A stretch of 63,495 nucleotides of DNA, filler included, from Octopus bimaculoides (GCF_001194135.2; 12 parts of 11 records of this genome joined end to end with filler, not necessarily neighbours in it); one strand, 5' to 3'. Shown: positions 37,537 to 53,400, counted from the whole stretch's first letter. Made by a program: numbers and translations. Notes: generated by a model from the letters alone, not told the origin.

Positions 37537-39826
37537 ATATGTATGTATATATATATATATANNNNNNNNNNNNNNNNNNNNNNNNNNNNNNNNNNNNNNN
37601 NNNNNNNNNNNNNNNNNNNNNNNNNNNNNNNNNNNNNNNNNNNNNNNNNNNNNNNNNNNNNNNNNNNNNNNNNNNNNNNNNNNNNNNNNNNNNNNNNNNN
37701 NNNNNNNNNNNNNNNNNNNNNNNNNNNNNNNNNNNNNNNNNNNNNNNNNNNNNNNNNNNNNNNNNNNNNNNNNNNNNNNNNNNNNNNNNNNNNNNNNNNN
37801 NNNNNNNNNNNNNNNNNNNNNNNNNNNNNNNNNNNNNNNNNNNNNNNNNNNNNNNNNNNNNNNNNNNNNNNNNNNNNNNNNNNNNNNNNNNNNNNNNNNN
37901 NNNNNNNNNNNNNNNNNNNNNNNNNNNNNNNNNNNNNNNNNNNNNNNNNNNNNNNNNNNNNNNNNNNNNNNNNNNNNNNNNNNNNNNNNNNNNNNNNNNN
38001 NNNNNNNNNNNNNNNNNNNNNNNNNNNNNNNNNNNNNNNNNNNNNNNNNNNNNNNNNNNNNNNNNNNNNNNNNNNNNNNNNNNNNNNNNNNNNNNNNNNN
38101 NNNNNNNNNNNNNNNNNNNNNNNNNNNNNNNNNNNNNNNNNNNNNNNNNNNNNNNNNNNNNNNNNNNNNNNNNNNNNNNNNNNNNNNNNNNNNNNNNNNN
38201 NNNNNNNNNNNNNNNNNNNNNNNNNNNNNNNNNNNNNNNNNNNNNNNNNNNNNNNNNNNNNNNNNNNNNNNNNNNNNNNNNNNNNNNNNNNNNNNNNNNN
38301 NNNNNNNNNNNNNNNNNNNNNNNNNNNNNNNNNNNNNNNNNNNNNNNNNNNNNNNNNNNNNNNNNNNNNTATATATATATGTATATATATATATATATAT
38401 TTACATAATCGAAATTATTAGAAAATATATTTCTTCTATGTGTATCACCTTGTCTCGGGTGACAGCTAGTTGATTAACAATATTTATATATTTATATTCA
38501 TAGTGATATTCATTTACGAGACCAGCCGAGAACATAGCCCGCCTCCGAAGCAATTTAAAACTTATGTTCATTTTTGTTTCTTTTCTTTCCGTTTTTTTCT
38601 TCTTTCTCCTTATCTTATGCCCTTTTTTTTTTCATCCGTAAAGTTACATTGCTATGCGAATTTAATTTGCGTTTCCATGAAAGCTCTGTTTTAAAGGGTA
38701 TAGTTCACCAGCATTTAATAATACATTTGATGTTCTAGCCTGTGATGTATTATGTCGGATGTCGTCTTCATTTAAAACCCAGTAAACAAGTAACTCTTCT
38801 ATAATTCGTGTATAAGCACACACACACGTAACATCACAAGAGCTTGAAACCACTGAAAACTTAAACCTATCATTAAAATCTAACACGGAATCTGGTGTAA
38901 GATAAGTATCGTGAAATTATTCGCTGTTTTTATTGGCACCTACAACAGCGGTGTGATGTATCAAATTGTGGAGTTAAGTAAATAAGCAACAATACTAGAG
39001 TCGGGTTGTATAGTAACGATGGCCTAACTGTTTCTAGTAGATGGACAGCTGATATGCTCAGAAAATAATCCAGTCACCATCAGAACGTCTAGTTTTAAAA
39101 TATCTATATCTTGATATCTGCCCGAATACAATGATGAAAGTAACCTGGTACTCCTGTCTTATATAGAGATTAACAACCAGCCTCTTTCTTTTTCAATCTC
39201 TTTCTCTCTCTCTCTCTTTCCCTCTCTCTCTATCTCTCTCTTTCTCTCNNNNNNNNNNNNNNNNNNNNNNNNNNNNNNNNNNNNNNNNNNNNNNNNNNNN
39301 NNNNNNNNNNNNNNNNNNNNNNNNNNNNNNNNNNNNNNNNNNNNNNNNATATACATACATGCCTACATGCATGCATGCCTACATACATATATATGTATAC
39401 AAACATACAAACATGCATGCATACGTACATATACACACACGCATATATATATATATACAGATACATGTATGCAGATATAGATATACACATATAGATACAT
39501 ATATATACATGAGTGTGAGTGAATGTATGTATGTATGTATGTATGTTTGTATCTGTGTGCATGTGTGTACGTATGTCTCTATGCATATATGTATTTATAT
39601 GTATATCGAGCTTGTTATATTTATGAATTGGTAGATGACAACTTTATTGAAAAATATCTATAAGGGATTGTATACATATACATATATACACTTACATATA
39701 CATATATATATATATATATATANNNNNNNNNNNNNNNNNNNNNNNNNNNNNNNNNNNNNNNNNNNNTTAATTAATTAANNNNNNNNNNNNNNNNNNNNNN
39801 NNNNNNNNNNNNNNNNNNNNNNATAT

Positions 39827-39858
<32 letters not shown>

Positions 39859-41199
39859 GTGTATGTATGTATGTGTGTATGTGTGTGTGTGAGAGTGTGT
39901 ATGTATATATAAATACATATAGGTATGTATGTATACATTGATACATATATATGTGTGTGTGAGTTTGTGTGTGTATGCGTATGTGTGGGTGTGTATAAAA
40001 TGTGAGAGATGCATATAATTCACTGCCCGTGTCAATTTATGCAAACATAAATGTGAAGATAATTAATTTATGCATTCTTATTTATATATATTTTTATTTC
40101 CATTAAATCTGGACCACCTATTCCGTCTTTTGGATTTTTTTTTCTTTCTGTCTTGGATCTGTTTCTTATCAACAACAGTAACAACAATGATTTTATTAGG
40201 AAAGTATTCACCCTGGTTAAAATACACATGTGTTCCTCGCTGAAGCGGAAAATTGAAAACTTCTGAGGCATTTCACTGGAGAATTCATTTCTTCTATGGT
40301 TTTATAAAATATACTTTCGTGCTGGTGATGGGTTCATATCTTTATGTTGGGGTATTTTCTCGGAGGGAATCTTACAACAAATGGAAGAAATCGGAAAGAC
40401 AGTCATTGAAATTTATTTCAGCATTGATATTATTTAAGCTTTTAATATATTTTCAACATCACTCGTTACATATATTACATACATATACACATACACATTA
40501 TGTATAGAAACATAAATATGTGCATCCAGATGCACACAAGCACACACTATCGACATATATATGTAAATATAGATGTATATATCATTTGTATATATGNNNN
40601 NNNNNNGTGTGTGTGTGTGTGTGTAGTTTTATATTATATATCGCACATATAAATATATTCATATATGTATGTATGTAACGTCAATGCTGCAGAGTGGCAA
40701 ATGAAAAGAAAAATGAATTTTAAAAATGTTCTACACTCTATATTCGACAAGAATTGCTAAAGACAACGCATACAACCAGCTGTCTAGAATTGGATTCGAG
40801 TTACCTATGTACTATAGGCATTGTATCTCCAAGAATAACGTGTGAGTGCGTGTGCGAAAATGTTTCTGTGTATGAAACATATATACAGTATTTCTCGAAG
40901 CATCTCTCTTGTACTTGTTTGTACCTGTCAATCTATAGAAATATATTTGTGTATTAGTATATGTGTGCTTCTGTATATATGCGTACGTTCTGTGTGACTA
41001 TTCATATATATAGGTGTATATATTACATACATGTATCGTTATAGGCACGTATAAGTTATTTAAATTCATAATATACAACACATATGTTCATATAGGATTA
41101 GCATATACTTTAGTATGTTTTATACATATACATTCGAATTTTATTGAAATTAAAACTTGAGTCACAAAAAAGTTTTTGTTTAATTTCAATAAAAATTAG

Positions 41200-41300
41200 T
41201 ACAGTAATCACTCACCATATAGCGGTTCACATATTGCGGTTCACCTATCGCAGTCCACCTATCACGGTTTCTCATTTAAGCTGATATCGATTCCTCCGCG
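41200..41300 (+). mobile_element. pogo/Tigger-like terminal fragment
   Basis: TA-CAGTAATCACTCACCATATAGCGG followed by repeated gcggttcacct units. Confidence 0.35.
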
Positions 41301-41499
41301 ATGACTGACCATGGGATTGCACCTAGAAAGTTACCCTTTCAGGCATAAGTCCGGGCAAGGTTGTTTATGGAAGACCGCTAGTCGCCCATGCCTACCAGCC
41401 ACCCCTCTCCACGCCACCGATGCTATCCAAAGGAAAGGCTAGGGCCGATTCAGCTTGGCACCAGTGCCGTCGCAACTCATTTCTACAGCTGAGGGAACT

Positions 41500-41935
41500 G
41501 GATGGAGCAACGCCGAACACATAGAAAACCCAGCAACACATGCTTCCTTAAAATACCCCATTTTAGCGAGAGGATAACTACATCCATCCGAAGAGCGATA
41601 AGAAGAGAAGGGCTATACATACAGCTACCCCACACCGGCCCTTCTCTGAGAGGACACCTCACAAAGAAACGAACAAGGGATAACAATCAATGCACATTAA
41701 CAAATTGTCCCATCCGTGACACAGATTTATGCCAACGGGTAAATGTTGTGCAACAAGTTCTATGTAGGTAGCACGTCCACATCAAAGAACATCTGAATAC
41801 GACAAACGGCGTCTACACATGCTCACCGTCAAGGAACCGCCGTAGATGTTGAAACCTCAGAACAAAAAGTGGAAGAACAAGTGCTCCAGTTTGATCAACT
41901 ACGAAGTGTCAGTTAGGAATGCGGGAATAGTGAAA
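41500..41935 (+). mobile_element. PLE GIY-YIG region fragment
   Basis: LKIPHFSERITTSIRRAIRREGL..GPSLRGHL..CTLTNCPIRDTDLCQRVNVV, which is the typical linker before GIY-YIG. Confidence 0.6.
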
Positions 41936-42444
41936 GTAGAGATAAAGGGAAAAACACAGCAAGTGTGAAAAGGTCATGCATCTATTATAACGTCATCAGC
42001 GAGGAAAAAATTCGAGGGACAAATCTCCGGGTTTGGATGGTCTGCCCTACGATCTTTACAACTGTATGCCAGACTTGTTTGGAGACGTCTTGGTGGCGAT
42101 GTACTGCAACTGACAGCAAAACGGGAGCATTCCCGGTTTTGTGAGCCGAGGAGCCGTAACGCTGCTGAAGAAAGATCCAAACAAGGGGGACGTCATAGAT
42201 AACTTTAGGCCCATCACACTGATCAATGCAGACCTGAAAATTTTGGCCAAGGTGTTACCCAAGCGGTTGGCGCTTGTCATCGAGAAACTGATCGGCAAGG
42301 CGCAAACGTGCGCCGTGCCGGGCAGGAGCATCCATGACAACCTGCATCTGATGCGCTACATCATAGAGCGGGTAGTTAAGGAACCTGGCATGGGTGGGGC
42401 CCTGATCAATTTAGATCAATCGAAAGCTTTCGATAGGGTAGACC
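41935..42444 (+). mobile_element. Tx1/L1-clade RT fragment
   Basis: GLDGLPY..VTLLKKDPNKG..DNFRPITLINADLKILAKVL..QTCAVPGRSIHDNL..INLDQSKAFDRVD. Ends at a gap. Confidence 0.9.
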
Positions 42445-45126
42445 NNNNNNNNNNNNNNNNNNNNNNNNNNNNNNNNNNNNNNNNNNNNTTAATTAATTAA
42501 NNNNNNNNNNNNNNNNNNNNNNNNNNNNNNNNNNNNNNNNNNNNATATATATATATATATATATACATATATATACAGATAATGCTACATCTGATGAATA
42601 TCAGTAACAGTATTGCAAGGTTTAAATTAATAAGAAACACTGCATATGATAGCTTTCTAAGTATGAGATGCGGTCCCTCTGGATTTGCTTTATCAGATTT
42701 GAAACTGACTACGGTGTATCATATTATTTTCAATAACTTATATTACGTATAATCTTTCCAATTGACCCCTGACAACGCTAAATATATTCTTCTACCTTAT
42801 AAATTTATACACTTCTACTTTATATCTAGACACTCAGGTGCAATGCTTGGAATGTATGACATTAGAATCAATGTTGGTTTGTTTTGAAGATCCCCTCCAT
42901 AATTATCGTAACGGTAATTTCTACCACATTATGGTTCGAAAGTAAACGGTTTTATCCAGTTTTACTTTAAAAGCTCTCATCTCACCTTTTTTTTTTTTAA
43001 TGTCCGTTTGCACATTTGATCTGCTTATCTATTTTCCTCCTTTTTATTTCGAACATTTGAATATAAGCTCTTCTTTAAATTACTCTTTTTTGCTAAATTG
43101 TTTTGAGAAATATCTTTAGATGATACATACATATGAAACAGGAAATAATAAATATATTTGCAAGTTGTATTTCACATGAAAGTACGTAGAACTCGTTATA
43201 ATCAACATTTATTTGATCTATTGCAACTTACATTTTTCTACTATTATCATAAAGGATATATTTTTTACTATTATCTTAAAGGATATGTTTATCATGCAAT
43301 TTTATTTTCAAGGTTTTATGTAGTCAACTCATATTGTTGGAATGGTAGTATAAAACTTTTGTAATGTTATAGCATTAATCTATAAGCAGTTGATATTTAC
43401 TTCCGCGAGTGATTCGGCGAAATACTGTCCGCTACGATAACAATTTAGTCTTTATGTTGATATACGTATAAATACTATGTGCTTGAATTTGTTTCTCCGT
43501 CAATGCAGATAACTTATTAGCCTTTAATTAAGAACTTTTGTTTTCATTTTGTTTGTCTTTATTTCTTTAATCTCTGATTTCTGGTTACACGTTTCCAGAT
43601 TTTTTGGCTAAAATATCGCTTCTATTTGTTTGCTTTACTATAAAGAACTTATAGTTTTGCATTGAAATTTATTTTCATTTTGTTTTTAAGAATTTTATCT
43701 TAATATTTGCATATCCATCTTTGCAATTACGTAGTGCTCATCCATTATCAGAGTTGATGGAAAATTCCGGGTAGAGTCTCTTGTGTGTTGATATACAATT
43801 GCACGTCTATTGGACGATTCTCAATTTATTTATTTTGTTTATTACTTTTTGTATTAAACTCCATTTTACCCTTCCACAACAATTAAAGTATTTTGGTTTC
43901 CTACTTACTGCCTAGTCGCTCAGTAACATAAACCACTAGGATTAGCGATTAAGTCACTTATCGCTGAAATCTAATCACCTTTTAAGTAAATCTTTTATGC
44001 AAGGTTTCTACTTGACATTGCATTGTCTGTACTCGCCATTGCATTCACCTTGGTTTATATTATTGAACAATATTTTCTGGTAAAGGTATAAAAGTCACAA
44101 CTTCATGTCCCCTGTTCTACGCATCAGGAACCTGGCTTTGCTGATAGTCATCAATACATTTATTCTCCAGCTTCTCTGACAGCATTTTAGAATAATTTCT
44201 GTATCCTAATATTGATTAGGAATTATTTCTCAATTTCCTCTCCATGACTGTTACTTTGGCATTTTTTCAAAATTACATCTAGAGAATCAATTTCTTAATG
44301 CCTTACAGCATTCTTTCTTTTCTATTCAACATTAATAATTTTCAACTTCAAGCATTCCTACTGGTTCTAATGCAATTATTATTACTATGGGGCTAATACA
44401 AAGATAATTGTTTGCGTCTGTTTTTGGCGTTGTTGCTTATTTTTTAAATACAACGTTCATGCCATTTTGAAGCGAGGATTTTGATATAGTATATTGATTT
44501 ATGCTAATGATTTTACTATTTGTTCTTGTTTATTGTAAGCTATCGAATTAAAGACGAGGAAAAAGCAAATCTGAGTGATTTTATTACATAAGTTCAAAAC
44601 AGAATGCAAAACAGCAGAATCTGCGCTCAATATCAACCAAGTCATTAGCCAGAATATCTTAACTAATACGTACGTCAATATTGGTTGCAACACATCGAAA
44701 TGGAGATGAGAACCTAAAAGTGGAGTAAGGTTGTTGACACATTTTTACAACTGACAAACGTAGAAGTAAGGACCAGTATTGAAGTGAATCCAAACAAAGC
44801 AACAGTAGAGGTTGCAAAAGAATAAAATGTTGAAATTCACTAGTTGTTCGCCATTTCTCCTCATCAGAAAGTTAAGATATCTCGGCCACTTGAGCACTGA
44901 GGTCAAAAGAATCGACTTAGTCCTTCACCAAATTGCTGGCTTTGTGTCAAAATTTGAAAAATTTGAAGAAGAAGAAGAAGAAGAAGAAGAAGAAGAAGAA
45001 GAAGAAGAAGAAGAAGAAGAAGAAGANNNNNNNNNNNNNNNNNNNNNNNNNNNNNNNNNNNNNNNNNNNNTTAATTAATTAANNNNNNNNNNNNNNNNNN
45101 NNNNNNNNNNNNNNNNNNNNNNNNNN

Positions 45127-45176
<50 letters not shown>

Positions 45177-46895
45177 GGACGCAAAATATCTACAATGTGT
45201 CAAAAGTGATATAATACCATCACACATAAATATAGAAATGAATATTATTTGTGTCTGTGATGTATGTGTGTGTGAGAAAGAGACCATGTGTGTATACGTA
45301 TGCGTGTGAATAAATGTGTGCACACACACACACACACACACACACATAATTACAAAGTGTTCCACTTCATAGTTGAAGTGAAATATTCACTTAACACAAA
45401 TTTATATTTGATGGAAAAATAATTCGTTAAAGCCTCTATTTATAAAGCAATATGAAGACATTATATATTACTAGTGAATAATGATAATATTTTGTGTATG
45501 TATATGTGATGTTGACAGAACTTTTTAATGTATGCCTGCGTCTATGCAGTATGTACACATATGTCAGCTATACATACACACAAGGCTTTCTATGAATCTT
45601 ATACTCCCTTTATGTACATGATTTGAAACCAACAGTCTCGACATAAAAGAAAAGGAAGGAAGAAAAGGCAATACGTTTGCTGAGTTCTACTAAAAAGATA
45701 TATATACAAATGGAGGTTATACAAGTATTTATACCTCCTCGACAAAAGAGTTCCCTTATCGATTGACCTAACCGTGTCTGTTGGCATTCAGGTTTGGAAT
45801 ATATTTCCAATGACTTAACATGTATACTTAACATTCAATTCCTCATATTCGATGACAGATTACAGATTCTACAAACCTGACAATTTACATGATTGCTGTT
45901 TAATTGTAGAAAAAGTAGTTAAATATTACGTTGACTCACAGATATATGTGTGTGTATTTGTGTGTGTATATTATATTATATCGTATTTTCGGGGTTCAGA
46001 TTATAATTATAATTATCTTTGTCAATAGCAGTGGCGGATCTCCGTCGTTCGACGATGAGGATTCAGCTGTTTGATTAACTGAATTACATATGACGTGATA
46101 TACAGGTCACATTTCCCTGGTTTCCATGCATCATATATGCTCTTGAATTAACACGTAAATGGTCGAGCATCTCACAAACCTGTATAGCCTTAGCGTAATT
46201 CTCAGACAGAATCATCGTAACAGAGTGACAAGGCTACACCTATGGAATCGCTGATACATTCCACCTGACAGTCTTCTATCCAGTTTCCGTCTACCCAATT
46301 TCACTCACATAGAATGGGTCATCCGAAGTTATTAGATCGATCCCAATGGCTTCTGGAGCAGATGCTACAGGATCTCGTGACTGTCAAACGAATTTCTTTA
46401 CCATTCGGCTATACTGCACTTCTATCTCACTATATTATGAAAGCAAAGTTATTTAAAACTCTGACTTGCATAAATTCTCTCTGATATCCGTATGTATGCA
46501 AATGAGCTTCACTGTTTTACTCGGAATTTGGCTCCATCAGCACTATGAACATGTTGTTTATAATGTATTTATTTATTTATTTATTTATTCAACGTTGATA
46601 TGTTAAACTGTACACGTATACTTTATGTTAGAGTTTTTGTTGTTGCTGCAGCAGTTATATAACATCAGATTAACTCTGATCGTGACAACATTTGACCAAA
46701 CTGTGTTTTAACTGTGATTATTCGGGCATTTCGTTAATATATACTGCCACAAGTTATTGCTGCTGTTGTTTATTACGATATAAAGTTTGACGAGTGAAAG
46801 TTATCGTGAGACCGGAAACCTGTTTCAGATGCGTGCAACGAAATAGTATCCGTTACAAGCACCCGAGGATCAATTATCGCGGTGAACCTAAGCTA

Positions 46896-47083
46896 TAAGT
46901 TAAATTTTATAAACTCAAACTGTATGGAATCTCACAAGAGTTAAAGTTCCTGATCTTGTAAGGAAGACCTGAGAATCAATTATTGCGATGAAATTAGGCA
47001 ACAGAATACGTTTTCCTTTACAAGATCAGCAACAATAATTCAAGTGAGCTTTCGCATAGTTTGAGTTTATAAAGTTTAACTTA
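46896..47083. repeat. Imperfect fold-back (about 72-bp arms), old MITE-like
   Basis: taagttaaa.tttataaactcaaact ... ctgatcttgtaaggaa is present in both arms. Confidence 0.7.
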
Positions 47084-47169
47084 CAAGACCCAGGCCGATT
47101 TGAATAGTGGGATAGAAATGGAACTTCCTAAACCACACTCCCATGCTGATATGGTTCTCATCTCAAAAT

Positions 47170-47638
47170 ATGGGGAGGGGGTATAATAAGTTCCTGGCTT
47201 TAAGGGTATCACGAAAAGCCTTGTTGCAAGTCCAACCTTTTGAGTTCTATTACAGGGTTTAGGAGGCGAGCTGGCAGAAACGTTAGCACGCCGGATGAAA
47301 TGCTTAGCGGTATTTCGTCTGTCTTTACGTTCTGAGTTCAAATTCCTCCGAGGTCGATTTTGTCTTTCATCTTTTCGGGGTCGATGAATTAAGTACTAGT
47401 TGCGTACTAGGGTCGATGTAATCGACTGGGGTTTATCTAATCGACTGACCCCTCCCCAAAAATTTCGGGCCTTGTGCCTAGACTCGAAAAGAAAATATTG
47501 CAGAGCTTAGGAAACTGAAGGACCGTTGCAGTAAGCGCGTGAATCTGAGAGGGGAATATGTTGAATAAAATCATAATTAACTGATCCTCCTGTATCTTCT
47601 TTTACCCAAAACCAAGAACTTTTCAGCACCCTCTTATA
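47170..47638 (+). mobile_element. Mariner-derived MITE with a SINE inserted at 47262-47495
   Basis: Imperfect TIRs (gagggggt..aagttcctggc / ccaagaacttttcagcaccctc). Remnant KLKDRCSKRVNLRGEYVE*. Confidence 0.65.
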
Positions 47639-48202
47639 GTGTTTCTAAATGTTACATTTTAGATTAGGGTACCAGATACCTTAAACATTTTTATCCAACA
47701 TTTTGTCTCCGGAATTGCAACATTTGATTTCTCCCAACCTTTGCGTTGATACTGCATACCTCGACTTACGGAAGTTCAAACTGTTTCCCCACTTAACTAA
47801 AGGTGTAGGTGTGGCTGTGTTGTAAGAGGTTTACTCCCCAACCACATGGTTCCGGATTCAGTCCACTGCATGTCACCTTGAGCAAGTGACTCCTGTTATA
47901 GGCCCAAGGCTCTAACAAAAGACGCTTGTGGATTTCATTGATAGAAAGCGTCATATATGTATGAGTGCACGTTTATGTGTCTGTGTTTCACCTCCACCAT
48001 CGCTTGACAACCGGTATCGGTGTGTTTACGTCCCCGTAACTTATAGATTCAGCAAAAGAAACTCATAGAATAAGTATCAGGCTGTAAAAGAAATAATATT
48101 CTTGGGGTCGATTCATTCGACTAAAATTCTTCAAGGCGGTGCCCCGGCATGACTGAAACCAGTAAAAGATTTTAAAAAATAATTATTTAAATACATACAT
48201 AC

Positions 48203-48256
<54 letters not shown>

Positions 48257-48829
48257 NNNNNNNNNNNNNNNNNNNNNNNNNNNNNNNNNNNNNNNNNNNN
48301 NNNNNNNNNNNNNNNNNNNNNNNNNNNNNNNNNNNNNNNNNNNNNNNNNNNNNNNNNNNNNNNNNNNNNNNNNNNNNNNNNNNNNNNNNNNNNNNNNNNN
48401 NNNNNNNNNNNNNNNNNNNNNNNNNNNNNNNNNNNNNNNNNNNNNNNNNNNNNNNNNNNNNNNNNNNNNNNNNNNNNNNNNNNNNNNNNNNNNNNNNATA
48501 TATATATATATATATATATATATAGATATGATCTTGCAACAAAGTATCCATCACGAGGATGACGACAGGAAGGTCGGTTTGGTGGTCCCGTGGCTAGAAG
48601 ATCATAGGAGTTCACTCCCCTGCTTGCAATATGTATCGGGTGCAGAGTGCATCAAATAACCAGCTGGAGGAGGCGTCCTCCTGTGATTGAAAATAGCAGT
48701 AATGTCGGTTCCTACGGAATAGTCATGTATAAGTGGCGATAAACGTTACTTCTAAGTATAGTTAATGCTTTCATCTGTTATAAAGTTTTTCTCAACTAGC
48801 TAATTAGCTTATCCAAATTTCATCAGTAT

Positions 48830-49180
48830 GAAAGGACAAAGACCAGATAGTGTCCTATAGTCGAAATAAGCTCACATCGTCATTTTGGTTAAGCTGACAA
48901 TCCGTTATGAAAGCTGAATAGTTAAATATCAATTCGAGATGAGTAAGATTACATTGTGAAAGAAAAAAATCAAACAAAGATGGATATCGTTGCACAGTAA
49001 AAGCAGTGGAAGTTGGCACATGGGGGTTTGTCGCAGCATCCGTCTGTCAACTATTCGGTAAGCACGGAATCAATAGACGCAAAACAGTAGCGACAATAAA
49101 ACGTTTGTCAGAGACAACTGAGAAGAGCTTACTGTGCAATTGGACGAACAGAAATAACAGCTGAAAATGAAAAGAAATAC
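48830..49180 (+). mobile_element. Degenerate HERO-like RLE non-LTR retrotransposon C-terminus
   Basis: RPDSVL.S....VILVKLTI.YE then DGYRCTVKAVEVGTWGFVAASVCQLFGKHGI..IKRLSETTEKSLLCNW, matching the HERO pattern RPD.V..ELT.PWE..VEVG.RGF..AE.AS.W.W. Confidence 0.6.
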
Positions 49181-49698
49181 AGCAAGCCATTAAACGTTGG
49201 AAGAAGGAAACACGGTTTGAAACAGTACAAATTCGAACGGTGGTCTTTGTGACCGAGTGATAAGATCACCGAAAGGTACCGAATTCAATCCCACTGAAGG
49301 TGACATTTAAATAACAGCAAGAGGACACCCAGGAGGTTCTACCCTGCTGGTTTGGCTCCATTAGAGTGTCAGGAACAAACGGGCCGAAACAATTGTTTCA
49401 CGCGAGTTCTTTAGAAGATTTCTCCTGTTCTCCGCATATCGACAGACTATACAGTCTGTAGTTTTCATTCTATAAATATGTGATTGTGTGTATGTAGGTG
49501 TCGATGTGTGTGTAGAAGTAGGTGTGGTATAGATGTGGGCATGTGCATGTGTGTGTCCGTATGTACGTGTATATCTGGTCGTGTGCAAGACCGTTAAAGA
49601 ATAAGGCGATTTTCAAAAGCACGTTGTTGGTGCTTTAAATCGTGTACAACATGGAAAGGTGAAAGTGTTGAGATAACTTCTTAAGAAACAGACAGACG

Positions 49699-49773
<75 letters not shown>

Positions 49774-50001
49774 TAGACATCCGATATTTTCAGGTGTGAC
49801 CTGAGAGCGACCTCGTGGTATATATGATATAGGATTGAGACAAATGATCCGTTAGTATTACCATCGTAACTAACGAAGTATATAATACGCACTATATATA
49901 TNNNNNNNNNNNNNNNNNNNNNNNNNNNNNNNNNNNNNNNNNNNNTTAATTAATTAANNNNNNNNNNNNNNNNNNNNNNNNNNNNNNNNNNNNNNNNNNN
50001 N

Positions 50002-50437
<436 letters not shown>

Positions 50438-53400
50438 TAGTTTCTTGTTTGCTATATTTGTCTAATATTCCTGTGATTAATGCAATGGAAATTATGACTA
50501 AAATATTTTCAAAAATTAAAATNNNNNNNNNNNTTTGCAATATTCATCTCCCGCTCCTTTCTTCACCACTCCTGCAGTTTCCTTTCCATGATGTAGGGAT
50601 CGCTATACCAAATCTCCCTCTCCTGACAATCGTACACATTATTCTTTTTGAATATCGCAAGCTATAACTACTGTGTATTTATTGTTTATTGTCCTTTAAA
50701 TGATTCTCTTATTAAATATGTTATACAATTATATATGTTGTTAATTTTTTTATACTCAGGAATATTGTAAAGAATATTGTAAATATGCATAATCAGTGCT
50801 TCCAAATACAAAACAGAAGAAATCACGAAGGAAGAACATGAGGCATATGTATAGTTTAGTGCCCCACTCCAGGTTAATTCCTTATTAATTTCTTTAAATG
50901 AAACTTTGCAGAGATAGGTTTTGAATTGACCAAATTATGATGATTTTCATAAAGTTGAGAAGCAATATTTTGGAGGAGATTTCACACTATCCTTTTCAAC
51001 TTTGTTCCACTCTGATAAACTTATCCACTTCTTCAGCATGTGAGGTTAAATTCCGTTCAGCCTAGATAACCTATAAAAAATCTTTTGTTACTGTAANNNN
51101 NNNNNNAGCTTAACTCAGAAATTTTTATAGAAATGGAACAGTAAATAGAATGCTCTCTTTCTTTCACGTGACACCTGTAACAGAGGCAAAATGCTTTGTC
51201 TCAGTAATATCAGAGGCATAAAGATGTGCTTTTGTCTCTTTCCTTGCTGGCTGTTACCGATGTAACNNNNNNNNNNNNNNNNNNNNNNNNNNNNNNNNNN
51301 NNNNNCAACAACAACAACAACAACAACACCCTGTTTTTATGCACGACCTTTGTGAATAAAGGGATGTTTGAAGTGGTGTCTTCGGTTTCCAGTCATCCAT
51401 ATAACCTTGTTAGGTTTGTCGTTTGCACAAGAGACTGAGAGATTTATTACTTGTCTTCGAACAGATGGCAGTTGGTTGCAGAAAGGGAACCTGACAACAG
51501 AAACTTCTACTCCAACATACTCGTCTGACCCTTACAACATCGTAAATAGGACNNNNNNNNNNCTTCTACTCCAACATACTCGTCTGACCCTTACAACATC
51601 GTAAATAGGACGTGTGTGGGGAAAGGGTGTGCGTGTTTGTAATAACTAAGAAATAAACCTTCTTGTTTCTCCTCANNNNNNNNNNNNNNNNNNNNNNNNN
51701 NNNNNTGGAATGGGTTGGATTGTTTGACAGGAGCCGACAAGCAAGACGACTGTGCTAAACTCTACTCTCTGCTGTGGTATAGTTTCTATGACTTGATGCC
51801 CTCACTTCCAATAATACTCTACACACAACGTATATGAATATTTNNNNNNNNNNNNNNNNNNNNNNNNNNNNNNNNNNNNNNNNNNNNNNNNNNNNNNNNN
51901 NNNNNNNNNNNNNNNNNNNNNNNNNNNNNNNNNNNNNNNNNNNNNNNNNNNNNNNNNNNNNNNNNNNNNNNNNNNNNNNNNNNNNNNNNNNNNNNNNNNN
52001 NNNNNNNNNNNNNNNNNNNNNNNNNNNNNNNNNNNNNNNNNNNNNNNNNNNNNNNNNNNNNNNNNNNNNNNNNNNNNNNNNNNNNNNNNNNNNNNNNNNN
52101 NNNNNNNNNNNNNNNNNNNNNNNNNNNNNNNNNNNNNNNNNNNNNNNNNNNNNNNNNNNNNNNNNNNNNNNNNNNNNNNNNNNNNNNNNNNNNNNNNNNN
52201 NNNNNNNNNNNNNNNNNNNNNNNNNNNNNNNNNNNNNNNNNNNNNNNNNNNNNNNNNNNNNNNNNNNNNNNNNNNNNNNNNNNNNNNNNNNNNNNNNNNN
52301 NNNNNNNNNNNNNNNNNNNNNNNNNNNNNNNNNNNNNNNNNNNNNNNNNNNNNNNNNNNNNNNNNNNNNNNNNNNNNNNGTTCCATTCCCATGAGAATCC
52401 AAACATGTCTAATTAAGATATTTACGTTGCCTGAATGATCTAATGCGGTTCATTTAAAATATTTGGGCCAAGATGGTAAAGAATACCAGAATTAAGAAAG
52501 AACGAGGCTAATACAGTTTCGCACCTCTCCTTGAAAAATCCATTGTTTAAAAAAAAAATTTTTTCGAATTCCTATGTTNNNNNNNNNNNNNNNNNNNNNN
52601 NNNNNNNNNNNNNNNNNNNNNNNNNNNNNNNNNNNNNNNAATTAAATACAGACAAAAACATTAAAGTGAAAAGAATTTGCGTTTTACTTTTGTTTTCCTT
52701 AAATAATCGTAAATAATTATTTACTGTAAATTAAATATACACTATTTTATGAGAAACAAACATTAATGCTTAATAATTAATATTTTTAATAAGGGGCTCA
52801 TATTTCACCCCCTCCTTCAATTTTAAATTTTGAACATTTTCACTCATTATATATTTATGTGTCTATGTTTTTATAACTGTCCGTTTATTCATAAAATATA
52901 TTTGTCAACTAAATGTGGCGGTCCAACAGAGGACGGTGATACTGTTGTTTTTAGCCCCAGGAAGACATTCATATCTATCTCTCTCTTCATACACATATCT
53001 ATATATGCTTATTGAATTTAAAATTTAGAAAACGTGGTTTCTTGCATATTCGGAATCTCCATCATCGAAAACAGGGGGAAAAAAAAATTCGAAAAAGTTC
53101 AAAATTTTAACGGAGAGTGTGTGATAGTTGGGGGGAGGGAGTGGTATTTGTTTTTTTGATTTTGCTTATTTGTAATCTCCAACATCTAAAACGTAGGGAT
53201 CAGAAATTTTTTTTTCGAAAAAATACAATTTTCAAGAAGAGGTGCGAAACTGCATTAGCCCCGAAAGAACTGGAAGGGCATAGTGAGCAGCGACGTATAA
53301 CAGCGTGAGATAGGAAAGTCAATAAAATCAAAAATAAAAACACGTACGTCAATTTATTAGCTGTAATATACTGAAACATAAAGGGATGTAAACAGAGTTA

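Noticed and set aside
44000-44480. Faint LINE RT-like peptides on the minus strand (DANNYLCISP, YSKMLSEKLE)
   Set aside because: Too degenerate to support a call.
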